From Microcystis aeruginosa NIES-2549 (GTDB lineage: Bacteria; Cyanobacteriota; Cyanobacteriia; Cyanobacteriales; Microcystaceae): 32,000 bases of DNA. The stretch's first letter is position 1. The number at the start of each line of letters is the position of its first letter. The notes under the pieces were generated by a model. It was not told the DNA's origin and did no database searches. It worked only from the letters and a program-made list of their open reading frames with translations. The position numbers and the translations under genes are program-made. The stretch is taken from positions 900,001-932,000 of the forward strand of contig NZ_CP011304.1 in the NCBI RefSeq assembly GCF_000981785.2. Direction: 5' to 3'. This document shows positions 1 through 9,257 of the stretch, in pieces.

Positions 1-1387
1 CCTGCGTCAACGTCCCCAACCTCTGTTTAAAGACCGTCCCTGTTTAAATTATGATATCGGTCGTTGTCCGGGGGTTTGTCAAAAATTAATTAGTCCCCAA
101 GATTATCGGGAAACCTTGCAGAAAGTGGCGATGATTTTTCAGGGAAGGACGGGAGAATTATTAGAGAAATTAGCGACAAAGATGCTAGAAGCGTCGGAAA
201 ACCTAGATTTTGAAAAAGCGGCCACGATTAGGGATCAAATTCGCGGATTACAGGCCCTTAATACCGATCAAAAAGTCTCTTTACCTGATGATACCGTATC
301 CCGGGACGCGATCGCTTTAGCTAAGGACGAGCAGCATTGTTGCATACAATTATTCCAAGTGCGTTCTGGTCGTTTGGTGGCACGTTTGGGATTTTTTGCC
401 GATAGTCAGTCAGCAAACGAGGGAGAAATCCTGCAAAAAGTCCTAGAAGAACATTATTTATCGGTGGAAGGGGTGGAAATTCCCAGCGAAATCCTGTTAC
501 CCTGCGAATTACCGGAAGGTGAGGTGTTAGCGGGGTGGTTAAGGGAAAAAAAAGGTCGCAAAGTCGAGTTAACTGTCCCCCAACGGCAAAGTAAAGCGGA
601 TTTATTAGCTATGGTGGAGAAAAACGCTCTTTATGAGTTAGAAAAGACGAAAAGAAGCGCCGACCGAGATTTACAGTCTTTGCAGGATTTAGCGGTAATT
701 CTCGATTTACCGGCACTGCCGCACCGCATCGAGGGTTATGATATTTCTCATATTCAGGGTTCTAATGCAGTCGCGTCGTCAGTGGTGTTTATCGATGGGG
801 TGGCCGCTAATCAACATTATCGTCACTATAAAATCAAAAATCCCGAGGTTAAAATCGGCCATTCCGATGATTTTGCCAGTTTAGCAGAAGTAATTCGCCG
901 GCGTTTCCGTCGTTATGCCGAAAATACCGATAATATTGCCGAAAGTGATGATTTTCCCGATTTGGTCATGATTGATGGGGGAAAGGGACAATTATCGGCA
1001 GTGGTGGCAGTTTTAGGGGAGATGAATTTATTAGAACAGGTAAAAGTTGTTAGTTTAGCTAAACAGAGAGAGGAGATTTTTTTACCCGGGGAATCCTCTC
1101 CTTTAGAGACGGATAAGGAACAACCCGGAGTGCAATTATTGCGTCGAGTCAGGGATGAAGCGCACCGCTTTGCTGTTAGCTTTCACCGACAACAAAGGAT
1201 GCAAAAAAGTCGCCGTTCCCGTTTGGATGAGATACCGGGGTTAGGTTTTAAGCGACAAAAGGAGTTATTAGCTAATTTTCATTCGGTGGATTATATTCGC
1301 GAAGCTTCCCTAGAACAATTGCAACAGGTGACAGGAATTGGGGAACAATTAGCTAAGGAAATTTATAATTATTTTCATCCTAGGTAG
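1..1387 (+). CDS. uvrC: Excinuclease ABC subunit C (UvrC), 5' end outside window
   Basis: The reading frame starting at nt 2 is open from the window edge ([27 protein letters not shown]...), so the tracked start at 116 is internal. UvrB-interaction region [13 protein letters not shown], endonuclease region [11 protein letters not shown] / DGGKGQL and C-terminal Hh[14 protein letters not shown] are present. Confidence 0.95.
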   Translation, partial: LRQRPQPLFKDRPCLNYDIGRCPGVCQKLISPQDYRETLQKVAMIFQGRTGELLEKLATKMLEASENLDFEKAATIRDQIRGLQALNTDQKVSLPDDTVSRDAIALAKDEQHCCIQLFQVRSGRLVARLGFFADSQSANEGEILQKVLEEHYLSVEGVEIPSEILLPCELPEGEVLAGWLREKKGRKVELTVPQRQSKADLLAMVEKNALYELEKTKRSADRDLQSLQDLAVILDLPALPHRIEGYDISHIQGSNAVASSVVFIDGVAANQHYRHYKIKNPEVKIGHSDDFASLAEVIRRRFRRYAENTDNIAESDDFPDLVMIDGGKGQLSAVVAVLGEMNLLEQVKVVSLAKQREEIFLPGESSPLETDKEQPGVQLLRRVRDEAHRFAVSFHRQQRMQKSRRSRLDEIPGLGFKRQKELLANFHSVDYIREASLEQLQQVTGIGEQLAKEIYNYFHPR

Positions 1388-1497
1388 GGATAAGCTGTAT
1401 AAAGAAGATAAGGCGGTGTGTTTTTGCGTAACAATGCAGAAATTAGAATATTGGTATCAAGAACGAGACGCAGCACGAGTTTCTCGGATAGCCTCAT
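1375..1497 (-). pseudogene. PIN-domain toxin remnant (N-terminal ~40 codons only)
   Basis: MRLSEKLVLRLVLDTNILISALLRKNTPPYLL matches the N-terminal acidic-residue motif (hhhDTNhLI) of PIN/VapC-like toxins. It stops after ~40 aa and its end overlaps the uvrC stop region. It lies directly downstream of, and overlaps, a small antitoxin-like ORF. Confidence 0.55.
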
Positions 1498-1657
1498 TGA
1501 TAGATTCTTCGATTTCTTCCTCGGAATAACGCGAGTTACGTTCTTGGACAGAATCCACGGTTGCTTCAAAGCTCGCTCTTTGTGACGTTTCTTCAAAGTA
1601 TCCCTTTTTTGCGCCTTTTTGTCCTAAAGCTGATCCGGTTAGTGACCAACGTACCAT
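1457..1657 (-). CDS. Small acidic protein, putative orphan type II antitoxin
   Basis: 66-aa ORF with a charged C-terminal half, positioned immediately 5' of the PIN remnant in classic antitoxin-toxin order. No specific family recognised. Confidence 0.45.
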   Translation of the reverse strand: MVRWSLTGSALGQKGAKKGYFEETSQRASFEATVDSVQERNSRYSEEEIEESINEAIRETRAASRS

Positions 1658-1868
1658 GATTTTTCTCCTTTAGCGCCTAAACGCATAAACATCATAACCC
1701 ATTTCTAGCAACAATTAGAAAGAATAAATTTTAACCTCAGATAAGGTGCTTTACACCCAACTAAGAATAACCGTTGGGGTGGTTGGGTTTCGCTTTTTCA
1801 ATCGAATTGAGCCATTTTCGACCCCGTATTGTTTCGCTTAACTCAACCTAGGAGGCCGAAAACCTAGA

Positions 1869-2240
1869 CTAACGCGGAGTAATTTCACTCAACGCTTCTT
1901 GCAGCACTTCATCACTTACACCATGACGCTTCAAACTAGCAACGAGAGCAGAAATTGTATCTCCCTCTAGACGCTCCAAATCCGCACGCAGCCCTTGTCC
2001 AATGTAAGCACGGATCAAAGGTTGATAACCTGAGAAACCAAGCAACGGTGCAACCCGCTTTAAATCTTCAATCACATCTTCGGGAATACGAATCGTGATT
2101 GTAGTCATAGGGCGATTTTTCTCCAGTCGTTTTTTTAATGCCTCAACTTTCATAATACCGTCATGGTTGAGCGGGTTAATTCTAGATTTCTCGTCATTCC
2201 AAACAAAAGTAATGCCACTTAGGACAAAATAGACATCCAT
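1869..2240 (-). CDS. CopG/RHH BrnA-like antitoxin; the ORF is extended 5' by an in-frame BrnT toxin fragment
   Basis: MTTITIRIPEDVIEDLKRVAPLLGFSGYQPLIRAYIGQGL is a ribbon-helix-helix antitoxin signature. Probable real starts are ATG 2153 (MKVEAL) or ATG 2108 (MTTITI). The first 29 codons are BrnT-like. Confidence 0.7.
   Translation of the reverse strand: MDVYFVLSGITFVWNDEKSRINPLNHDGIMKVEALKKRLEKNRPMTTITIRIPEDVIEDLKRVAPLLGFSGYQPLIRAYIGQGLRADLERLEGDTISALVASLKRHGVSDEVLQEALSEITPR
2154..2240 (-). pseudogene. BrnT-family toxin N-terminal remnant fused in frame to the antitoxin gene
   Basis: ITFVWNDEKSRINPLNHDGI resembles the BrnT N-terminus (FEWDExKxxxNxxKHGI). The rest of the toxin is missing. 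Confidence 0.5.
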
Positions 2241-2493
2241 ACTTGTAGTATAGGCAGGATGTATTTACATTGTCAATACTTTATTAACACACCCTAGGAG
2301 GCTACGAGGCTTCATCTTTAGGAAAAACGCCGTAACTTGGGATATAACTGAATCTGCTAGGATGCTATCACAGAATAGAAGACCACATCTATTAATTGCT
2401 GAGGCAGAACTAAGTTTAACCGCTCTTTTTTTAACTACTTATATCGCTTTCAGGTAAAAAAATTAGGCGTTTTCGGTTTACCATAGTCAAAGT

Positions 2494-4101
2494 GTGCTTT
2501 CTAGGCTAATGACTTTGACTAAAAACCCCGTGAGCAGAAACCGTCGTTTTTCCCCGCGCAATCTCTTTGAGACTTGCATGGCCCTATTGGTGTTATGTAA
2601 TTATATTCTGGTTATTTTCGATTTAACTTATATTCCCCTGCGAGATTTTTGGTTACAGGGACGCTTGCAAATAACTTTATTAAGATTTAATGAACCAATA
2701 AAACTCGGTCCGATTTCCTTTCAAGAATTACAAATACCTCCCGATAAACCCCTAGAAATTCCCTTTGTTAAAGGAATTGCTAAGTATGATGTGGTGAAAG
2801 GGATTAAACCCTATCGCAGTACCAGTGAATATTTAGATACAGTTAATAAACTTAATCAAATAATTAATCAAAAACTCTTTAACCCAGAGTTTAATCTGGG
2901 AGAATATCGCCAAGAGATTGAGAAAATTTTAGAAAATTTGCGCCAGAATAGTGTCAATATGGTCGATAATAATCCCTTTGCCTCGGCGGAGAAAACTGGG
3001 ACTTTAGAAAAGATTAAAAATAAAATGCGCTTGCGGGTTTTTAAAACAGAAAATGTTTCCGCAAAAGCAGCCTTTCAGAAGTTTTGGACTTGGGATTATC
3101 TCAGTCAAAATGGCTGGGAAAAAGAGTTGAAATTTTTCAATCAAGAAATTCAACCTTTAATAGAAACTAATTATTTTCGTCCCCTGGGAGAAGATGGGAG
3201 ACCGATAGATAACTTTGAGGCGATCGATTTTTTATTTGGTACCATCTTTTTCTGGGAATTTATGCTGAGAACTTGGTGGATTGCTCGCACTCATAAAGGC
3301 CTGCGTTGGCGCGAGGCTATGTTATGGCGATGGTATGATATTTTTCTGTTTGTTCCTATCTGGAGATGGTTGCGATTTATTCCTACCGTTATTCGCCTAG
3401 ACCAAGTTAAAATTATTAACTTAAAGTTGATTAAAGAACAGGCAGTTAAAGGTTTAGTCGCGCTAATTTCTAAAGATATTACTGAGATAATATTTCTGAG
3501 AATTATTAATCAAACACAGGAATATATTCGACGGGGACAAGTGGAGAAATTTCTCGATCAATCCCTTAGTGGTGGATATAATAATCTCAATGATACTAAT
3601 GAAGTTATCGAAATTTTTCGGTTAGTAGTTAATAGCACTGTTGATAAGGTTTTACCGCAAGTTAAACCGGAAGCAGAAGCTTTAATTAAATACAATATCG
3701 AGAAAATTCTCAGTCAAACTCCCGCTTATCAAAGCTTATTGCGATTACCCGGTATGAAAGGATTAAAAACTGACTTGAGCAATCGTCTATCTAGTCAATT
3801 GTATCAATCTTTTGTTAACATAGCGGAAAAGATTACCCAGGAAGACGAAGTTTTTGAGCGTTTATTACAGCAATTAGTCCAACGTTTCGGGCAATCTCTC
3901 GCCGGGGAATTACAATCCCGTCACAGTCTAGAAAGAATCGAGATGTTATTAATTATCTTCCTAGAAGAAGTGAAATTAAACTATGTAGAAGAATTCTCGG
4001 ATGAAGACTTAGAAACTATCCTCGAACAAACTCGCTTACTCCACTCTCAAAGTGCAGAAATTACCCCAGGAGAAACCATGAATCCTCGTCGTCTTCCCTA
4101 A
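2494..4101 (+). CDS. Membrane protein with voltage-sensor-like (S1-S4) domain and no pore module
   Basis: 535 aa, GTG start (alternative ATG at 2509). Hydrophobic S1 at aa ~25-46. S2-like IDFLFGTIFFWEFMLRTWW, S3-like WYDIFLFVPIW and S4-like RWLRFIPTVIRL at aa ~243-303. Long soluble C-terminal region with no further TM segments and no selectivity-filter motif. Confidence 0.6.
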   Translation: MLSRLMTLTKNPVSRNRRFSPRNLFETCMALLVLCNYILVIFDLTYIPLRDFWLQGRLQITLLRFNEPIKLGPISFQELQIPPDKPLEIPFVKGIAKYDVVKGIKPYRSTSEYLDTVNKLNQIINQKLFNPEFNLGEYRQEIEKILENLRQNSVNMVDNNPFASAEKTGTLEKIKNKMRLRVFKTENVSAKAAFQKFWTWDYLSQNGWEKELKFFNQEIQPLIETNYFRPLGEDGRPIDNFEAIDFLFGTIFFWEFMLRTWWIARTHKGLRWREAMLWRWYDIFLFVPIWRWLRFIPTVIRLDQVKIINLKLIKEQAVKGLVALISKDITEIIFLRIINQTQEYIRRGQVEKFLDQSLSGGYNNLNDTNEVIEIFRLVVNSTVDKVLPQVKPEAEALIKYNIEKILSQTPAYQSLLRLPGMKGLKTDLSNRLSSQLYQSFVNIAEKITQEDEVFERLLQQLVQRFGQSLAGELQSRHSLERIEMLLIIFLEEVKLNYVEEFSDEDLETILEQTRLLHSQSAEITPGETMNPRRLP

Positions 4102-4208
4102 AAATTAGCGATCATTGATTAGCTAATATTGCTTGATTTTTTGATCACTTTTCTAGTAATATATATGCTGAAGACCCGATTACTCAATTAACCTAATTAT
4201 CTACTCCT

Positions 4209-4847
4209 ATGTTAACAAAAATTATTCTCGGGTTACTTTGGTTAGGCTTCGGATTATACGCTTTTTTACTAGCACCCCCTGATCAACCAGATACAATAAA
4301 TTTAATTATCGATCTTTCCACTGGAAAATGGCAAAATATTAACCCGTTAATTATCTCTCTTTTCAACCTGATGGGAGTTTGGCCACTTATCTACACTAGC
4401 CTTTTAATTATCGATGGTCGTGACCAAAAAATCATCGCTTGGCCCTTTACTTTTGCCTCCTTTGCCGTGGGTGCTTTCGCTATTTTACCCTATCTAACTC
4501 TCCGTCAACCCAACAGCAATTTTACCGGTAAAAAAAATCTGGTCATTAAACTTTTAGACTCACCTTGGTTGGGAGTAATTGCCCTAATTACTGCGGCAAT
4601 TTTAATCGCTTACGGATTAATTAACGGCAATTGGTCTGATTTTTGGCATCAGTGGCAAACTAGCCGTTTTATTCATGTTATGAGTTTAGATTTCTGTCTT
4701 TTAACCCTATTATGTCCAATTTTGCTGCAAGATGATCTAACCCGACGGGGGTTAAAAAATCCTTTCCTGTTGCCGGTAATTTCCCTTTTGCCTCTAATCG
4801 GTCCGGCAATTTATTTAATTATTCGTCCTCGCTTAGGGGAGAATTAA
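4209..4847 (+). CDS. Integral membrane protein, unknown function
   Basis: 212 aa with about six hydrophobic segments. No catalytic motif recognised. Confidence 0.6.
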   Translation: MLTKIILGLLWLGFGLYAFLLAPPDQPDTINLIIDLSTGKWQNINPLIISLFNLMGVWPLIYTSLLIIDGRDQKIIAWPFTFASFAVGAFAILPYLTLRQPNSNFTGKKNLVIKLLDSPWLGVIALITAAILIAYGLINGNWSDFWHQWQTSRFIHVMSLDFCLLTLLCPILLQDDLTRRGLKNPFLLPVISLLPLIGPAIYLIIRPRLGEN

Positions 4848-4977
4848 GAGTAAATTTTCTTGAGCAAACTTAACTATTTCTTGACAAGAGAAGTTCATAT
4901 TTAACAGAAATTATGCTGAGGTTCCCCTAAAATATGAGGAAAGAGATTAATGTCCAGATTAGAAGGAGTGTTTAACC

Positions 4978-5271
4978 TTGTTAGAGAGTCAAAAACCCCC
5001 TCGGATTTACTGCTTTCAGGCTGATTATCTTGCCTGCCAACAATTTAACCCCCAAGAGATTCCCGCTTGGTTATCCTTAGAAGTAAACTGGCAGGGTTAT
5101 AGAATTCATACCCTACCCTGGGTAGCAGACGTAGCTAGGGTATTAGGATTATTAGCGATCGAAGATACCCCCCAAGGGTGGCAAGATTATTTAGAAAGCT
5201 TGGGATTAGCCAAAATTAGGTTAATGGACAGCGAGGAGTTTTTTGAGGATAAATCTTTATCGGGATGTTAG
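4978..5271 (+). CDS. Hypothetical protein (97 aa)
   Basis: Only a TTG start is available, but it is preceded by AAGGAG (4963-4968) at 9-nt spacing. The ORF abuts the phosphatase gene. Confidence 0.45.
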   Translation: MLESQKPPRIYCFQADYLACQQFNPQEIPAWLSLEVNWQGYRIHTLPWVADVARVLGLLAIEDTPQGWQDYLESLGLAKIRLMDSEEFFEDKSLSGC

Positions 5272-5318
5272 AAATGCCCTATAATTGGCAATTTAGTGAT
5301 GATTCTACCAGTGAATTT

Positions 5319-5792
5319 ATGCCCTATAAACTACTCTTCGTCTGTTTAGGAAATATCTGTCGTTCTCCCGCTGCCGAGAATATCATGACTTATCTGATTG
5401 AACAAGAAGGATTAGGTAATAAAATCCTCTGTGATTCTGCGGGGACTGCCGGTTATCATATCGGTTCTCCTCCCGATTCTCGCATGAATACGGCGGCCAA
5501 AAAACGCGGTATTCCTCTGCAAGGGACAGCCAGACAATTTACCCGCGAGGATTTCGATAATTTTGATCTAATCCTAGCCATGGATAAATCCAATTATCAA
5601 GATATTTTATCCCTAGATCGGACAGGAAAATATCAAGAAAAGGTCAAGTTAATGTGTGACTATGCTCGTTATCACCCAGAAAAAGAAGTTCCCGATCCCT
5701 ACTACGGTGGTCGTGAAGGTTTTGACCGCGTAATCGAGCTACTTTTAGACTCCTGTGGCAGTCTTTTGGAGGAAGTAAAAAACAAAATTTAA
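5319..5792 (+). CDS. Low-molecular-weight protein-tyrosine phosphatase
   Basis: CX5R(S) P-loop LFVCLGNICRSPAAE and the DPYYG acid loop. ATG 5319 (MPYKLLFVCLGN) gives the typical 157-aa length. The ORF is open back to 5265. Confidence 0.9.
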   Translation: MPYKLLFVCLGNICRSPAAENIMTYLIEQEGLGNKILCDSAGTAGYHIGSPPDSRMNTAAKKRGIPLQGTARQFTREDFDNFDLILAMDKSNYQDILSLDRTGKYQEKVKLMCDYARYHPEKEVPDPYYGGREGFDRVIELLLDSCGSLLEEVKNKI

Positions 5793-5806
5793 GTTTTTTC
5801 TTTCAG

Positions 5807-6463
5807 CTAATCGATTAATCTATGTTCAAGGGAAAAACGAACCAATTCAGCCCGATTGTTAGTATTGGTTTTTCTGAGTAAACTGCTAACATATTTCTCG
5901 ATCGTGCGAGAACTAAGATGCAGTTTTTGCCCAATTTCACTGTTAGAAAGTCCCCGGGCTAAATGTTCTAACACTTCCCGCTCGCGATTAGTTAACTTAA
6001 AATCGTCCTGTAAAGAAGAAGTTAAAACATCCCTAGTTTTGGGGCTTTCTTCTGGTTTTAATTTCTGATATTGACGTTCGCTTTGCACCATTTGCGCTCG
6101 CTCTAAAAGATTGCGAATAACCGCTTTTAATTCCTCCATCTCAAAAGGTTTAGGAAGATAGATATCACAACCCACTTGATAACCGCGAATTCTTTCTTCT
6201 GTTGACCCTCTTTCGGTTAAAAAAATTACTGGTAATAACCTAAATTCTGGCTGTTGCCGCACCTTAGTCACCAAAGAATAACCGTCTAAACGCGGCATTT
6301 TTATATCCGATACCAAAAGATGAGGATGATAGGTATCCAATAAATTCAAAGCTTCCAAACCATTACTCGCCGCTACCACACTATAACCTGCTAATTCTAA
6401 ATAGTCTTTGACTGCTAGGCGGATACCGGGGTCATCATCGGCAATTAGAATCAAAAGAGGCAT
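5807..6463 (-). CDS. Response regulator, NarL/FixJ (LuxR-type HTH) family
   Basis: Receiver domain (ILIADDDPG ... SDIKMP ... KPF) plus C-terminal LuxR HTH (LTNREREVLEHLARGLSNSEIGQKLHLSSRTIEKY). ATG 6463 (MPLLILIADDD) fits the receiver-domain start. The ORF extension to 6535 is probably spurious. Confidence 0.9.
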   Translation of the reverse strand: MPLLILIADDDPGIRLAVKDYLELAGYSVVAASNGLEALNLLDTYHPHLLVSDIKMPRLDGYSLVTKVRQQPEFRLLPVIFLTERGSTEERIRGYQVGCDIYLPKPFEMEELKAVIRNLLERAQMVQSERQYQKLKPEESPKTRDVLTSSLQDDFKLTNREREVLEHLARGLSNSEIGQKLHLSSRTIEKYVSSLLRKTNTNNRAELVRFSLEHRLID

Positions 6464-6664
6464 AGAAATTAACAGGACAAGGTTTTTTCGGTATTGATAG
6501 CCTAGCACCCTCCGCTCGCCACAATTGTCCATCAAGCTACAGAGGCCGTTTTAACTGATATTATACTAGCAGTAACCAGCTTTTTCAGTGATCAGATGTG
6601 AGTTTTTAGATTTTTTCTCCCCATCTCCCCACTCCCCCAACCCCTTGTTTACTTTTTACTTAAG

Positions 6665-7780
6665 ATGACAGATTATTTAGTTTCCTTGACAATTTGGGCG
6701 GGTATTTACGCGATTTTTGCCCTCGGTTTAAATCTACAATGGGGATTTACTGGCTTAATTAACTTTGGTCACGTTGCTTTTGCCACTTTAGGAGCTTATG
6801 CAACGGTTTTATTAACTTTACAGGGTGTACCGATGATTTTTGCCGCTATTGTCGGGGCGATCCTAGGGGCATTGTTGGGATTAGCCATCGGTTTTTCCAC
6901 CCTGAGATTAAGAGCCGATTATCTAGCGATTGTCACCATCGGGGTGTCTGAGTTAATTCGTTTGCTGGTGCTTAACGAGGATTGGTTAACGAAGGGTAGT
7001 TTCGGACTACAACGTTATCCCCTACCTTTGGATATAAATCCCAGTTTTCCCGTCAAATTATTAATTATTGCTCTGTTTACCCTGCTTGCTATCTTTGCTC
7101 TCTGGCAATTGGGGCGCAATCTGCAACGACAATGGCGCGAAGCGGGGCAAATTAGCGGTAAAAGCTATCAACCGACGCAAAAGAGAGCTTTAATCTTTTG
7201 GGGGTTGTTAGGGTCGATAATACTGCTTTTTCTGTATATAAACGGTGTAATTGCCTTGAATGATTATAATTACAAAGCGGGGCTGATGGTGGTAGTTTTA
7301 ATACTCCTCGCTCTCGTTTATACTGGTTTAGAATTACTTTTGCGATCGCCTTGGGGCCGCATCCTCAAAGCTATCCGGGAAGATGAAGAAATTCCCCGGG
7401 CTTTGGGAAAAAATGTCTTTTGGTATAAGTTACAATCTTTGATGTTGGGCGGTGCGATCGCTGGTTTAGCTGGGGCTTTTTTAGCATGGCAATTAACCAC
7501 CATTTACCCGACTAATTTTGAACCGTTATTGACTTTTAACGCTTGGATTATTATTATTCTCGGTGGCTCTGGTAGCAATGCCGGCACCTTACTAGGAGCA
7601 GTAATTTTCTGGGCTTACGATTCCCTAACTCGCTTTATTCTACCCCAATTAGATATTTTTAATGATAGCCAATTAGGGGCTTTAAGGATTATGATTATCG
7701 GTCTGCTGCTCATGGTTTTAATGATCTGGCGACCCCAGGGTATCCTCGGCAAAAAAGAGGAGTTAACTTTGGGAAAATAA
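6665..7780 (+). CDS. natC: Branched-chain/neutral amino-acid ABC transporter permease (LivM/NatC-like)
   Basis: 371-aa polytopic protein with the LivM-type pattern (GLINFGHVAF, RLRADYLAIVT, IILGGSGSNAGT). It is followed by a LivG-type ATPase, as in the cyanobacterial natC-natA arrangement. The symbol rests on synteny. Confidence 0.75.
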   Translation: MTDYLVSLTIWAGIYAIFALGLNLQWGFTGLINFGHVAFATLGAYATVLLTLQGVPMIFAAIVGAILGALLGLAIGFSTLRLRADYLAIVTIGVSELIRLLVLNEDWLTKGSFGLQRYPLPLDINPSFPVKLLIIALFTLLAIFALWQLGRNLQRQWREAGQISGKSYQPTQKRALIFWGLLGSIILLFLYINGVIALNDYNYKAGLMVVVLILLALVYTGLELLLRSPWGRILKAIREDEEIPRALGKNVFWYKLQSLMLGGAIAGLAGAFLAWQLTTIYPTNFEPLLTFNAWIIIILGGSGSNAGTLLGAVIFWAYDSLTRFILPQLDIFNDSQLGALRIMIIGLLLMVLMIWRPQGILGKKEELTLGK

Positions 7781-7783
7781 TTT

Positions 7784-7818
7784 CAGTTATCAGTTATCAG
7801 TTATCAGTTATCAGTTCA
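7784..7818. repeat. Heptanucleotide tandem repeat (CAGTTAT) x4 plus one degenerate unit
   Basis: Direct reading: cagttat cagttat cagttat cagttat cagttca. Confidence 0.95.
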
Positions 7819-7850
7819 TCGATTACTGTTCACTGAAAACACTTCCCACT

Positions 7851-7872
7851 TCATAATTCATAATTCATAATT
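7851..7872. repeat. Heptanucleotide tandem repeat (TCATAAT) x3
   Basis: Direct reading: tcataat tcataat tcataat, immediately 5' of the natA-like start. Confidence 0.9.
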
Positions 7873-7877
7873 TATAT

Positions 7878-8630
7878 ATGTTACTTTCTGCCAAAGGATT
7901 ATCGAAAAGTTTTGGAGGCATTCGCGCCGTCAATAATGCTTATTTGGATGTGCCGCAAGGCAGCATCACCGGGTTAATCGGACCAAATGGAGCCGGAAAA
8001 ACTACACTTTTTAACCTTTTATCTAATTTTATTCGCCCGGATAAAGGGGAAGTTTTTCTTGATGGTCAGCCCATTCATCAGCTGCCTCCCTATCAAATTG
8101 CCCTAAAAGGATGTGTGAGAACTTTTCAAGTAGCCAGGGTATTATCCCGATTAACGGTGTTAGAAAATATGCTCTTAGCTAGTCCTGGACAAACGGGCGA
8201 AAATTTTCTCAAAGTCTGGTTTCAGGGGGCAAAAATTCGCCAACAGGAACAGGAAAATCGTGCCAAAGCTTTGGACATATTAGATTCGATCGGTCTGGGG
8301 GAAAAAGCGCACGATTATGCGGGAGCTTTATCGGGAGGACAGCGTAAATTATTAGAGATTGGCCGAGCGCTAATGACCGAGCCAAAATTAATTTTATTAG
8401 ATGAACCTGCCGCTGGAGTTAATCCCACTTTAATCGGTCAAATCAGCGACCATATTATTGAATGGAATCGTCAGGGAATTACCTTTTTAATTATCGAGCA
8501 TAATATGGATGTGATTATGTCCCTTTGTCACTACGTTTGGGTATTAGCAGAAGGGACAAATTTAGCCGATGGCATTCCCAGCGAAATCCAAAAAAACGAG
8601 CGGGTTTTAAAGGCTTATTTAGGAGACTAA
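7878..8630 (+). CDS. natA: Branched-chain/neutral amino-acid ABC transporter ATP-binding protein (LivG/NatA-like)
   Basis: Walker A GPNGAGKTT, FGGIRAVNN LivG-type N-terminus, signature LSGGQRKLLEI and Walker B LILLDEP. Confidence 0.85.
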   Translation: MLLSAKGLSKSFGGIRAVNNAYLDVPQGSITGLIGPNGAGKTTLFNLLSNFIRPDKGEVFLDGQPIHQLPPYQIALKGCVRTFQVARVLSRLTVLENMLLASPGQTGENFLKVWFQGAKIRQQEQENRAKALDILDSIGLGEKAHDYAGALSGGQRKLLEIGRALMTEPKLILLDEPAAGVNPTLIGQISDHIIEWNRQGITFLIIEHNMDVIMSLCHYVWVLAEGTNLADGIPSEIQKNERVLKAYLGD

Positions 8631-9257
8631 AGCTAATTTTTGCACCTGTTGAACAAAGTTAGCCAGAATTTTTAAGCCATTAGTCGAGGATTTTTCCGGG
8701 TGAAACTGCACCGCCACCAAACGATCACGAGCGATCGCTGCTGTCACCGTTTGACTGCCGTGGCTGACGGTGGCGGCAGTCAGATGACTATCAAGGGGAT
8801 CAACATAATAGGAATGGACAAAATAGACGTGAGGATGCGGGGGTAATCCCTGCCAAAGAGCATGATCCGGCTGGGTGAAGTCTAACTGATTCCAACCCAT
8901 GTGGGGAATAGTAATGCCAGGTTCCGAGCGAAAACGGCGCACTGTCCCCGGAATAATCCCTAAACCCGCCTCTTGACCTTCCTCTGATGAGTCAAAGAGA
9001 ATTTGTAAACCGAGACAGATACCGAGAAAGGGTTTACCATTAGCGATCGCCGCTTTGATCGGTTTTTCGAGATGACGAGCGCGAATTTGCCGGACGGCAG
9101 GATCAAAAGAACCGACTCCGGGTAACACAATAGCGTCAGCTTTTTCGAGATCTAGGGGAGAATCGGTAATTTTCGGCACTGCACCCACGGTTTCCAGTCC
9201 TTTACAGGCAGAGTGCAGATTTCCCATGTCATAATCGATGACAGCGATTAAGGTCAT
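8619..9257 (-). CDS. hisH: Imidazole glycerol phosphate synthase, glutamine amidotransferase subunit HisH
   Basis: IAVIDYDMGNLHS, GVGSF, catalytic GICLGLQ, QFHPEKS. The 3' end overlaps the convergent natA-like gene by 12 nt. Confidence 0.95.
   Translation of the reverse strand: MTLIAVIDYDMGNLHSACKGLETVGAVPKITDSPLDLEKADAIVLPGVGSFDPAVRQIRARHLEKPIKAAIANGKPFLGICLGLQILFDSSEEGQEAGLGIIPGTVRRFRSEPGITIPHMGWNQLDFTQPDHALWQGLPPHPHVYFVHSYYVDPLDSHLTAATVSHGSQTVTAAIARDRLVAVQFHPEKSSTNGLKILANFVQQVQKLALVS

Noticed and set aside
5856-6068. 70-aa ORF on the plus strand
   Set aside because: It lies entirely antisense within the well-supported response-regulator gene. It has low-complexity, Ser/Leu/Cys-rich shadow-frame composition and no RBS.
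6464-6535. 24-codon extension of the response regulator; likewise the TTG extension 23243-23269 of the methyltransferase
   Set aside because: The internal ATGs (6463, 23242) give N-termini that match the domain boundaries. The extensions rely on weak or non-ATG starts.
7318-7503. 61-aa minus-strand ORF
   Set aside because: Antisense shadow inside the LivM/NatC-like permease gene.
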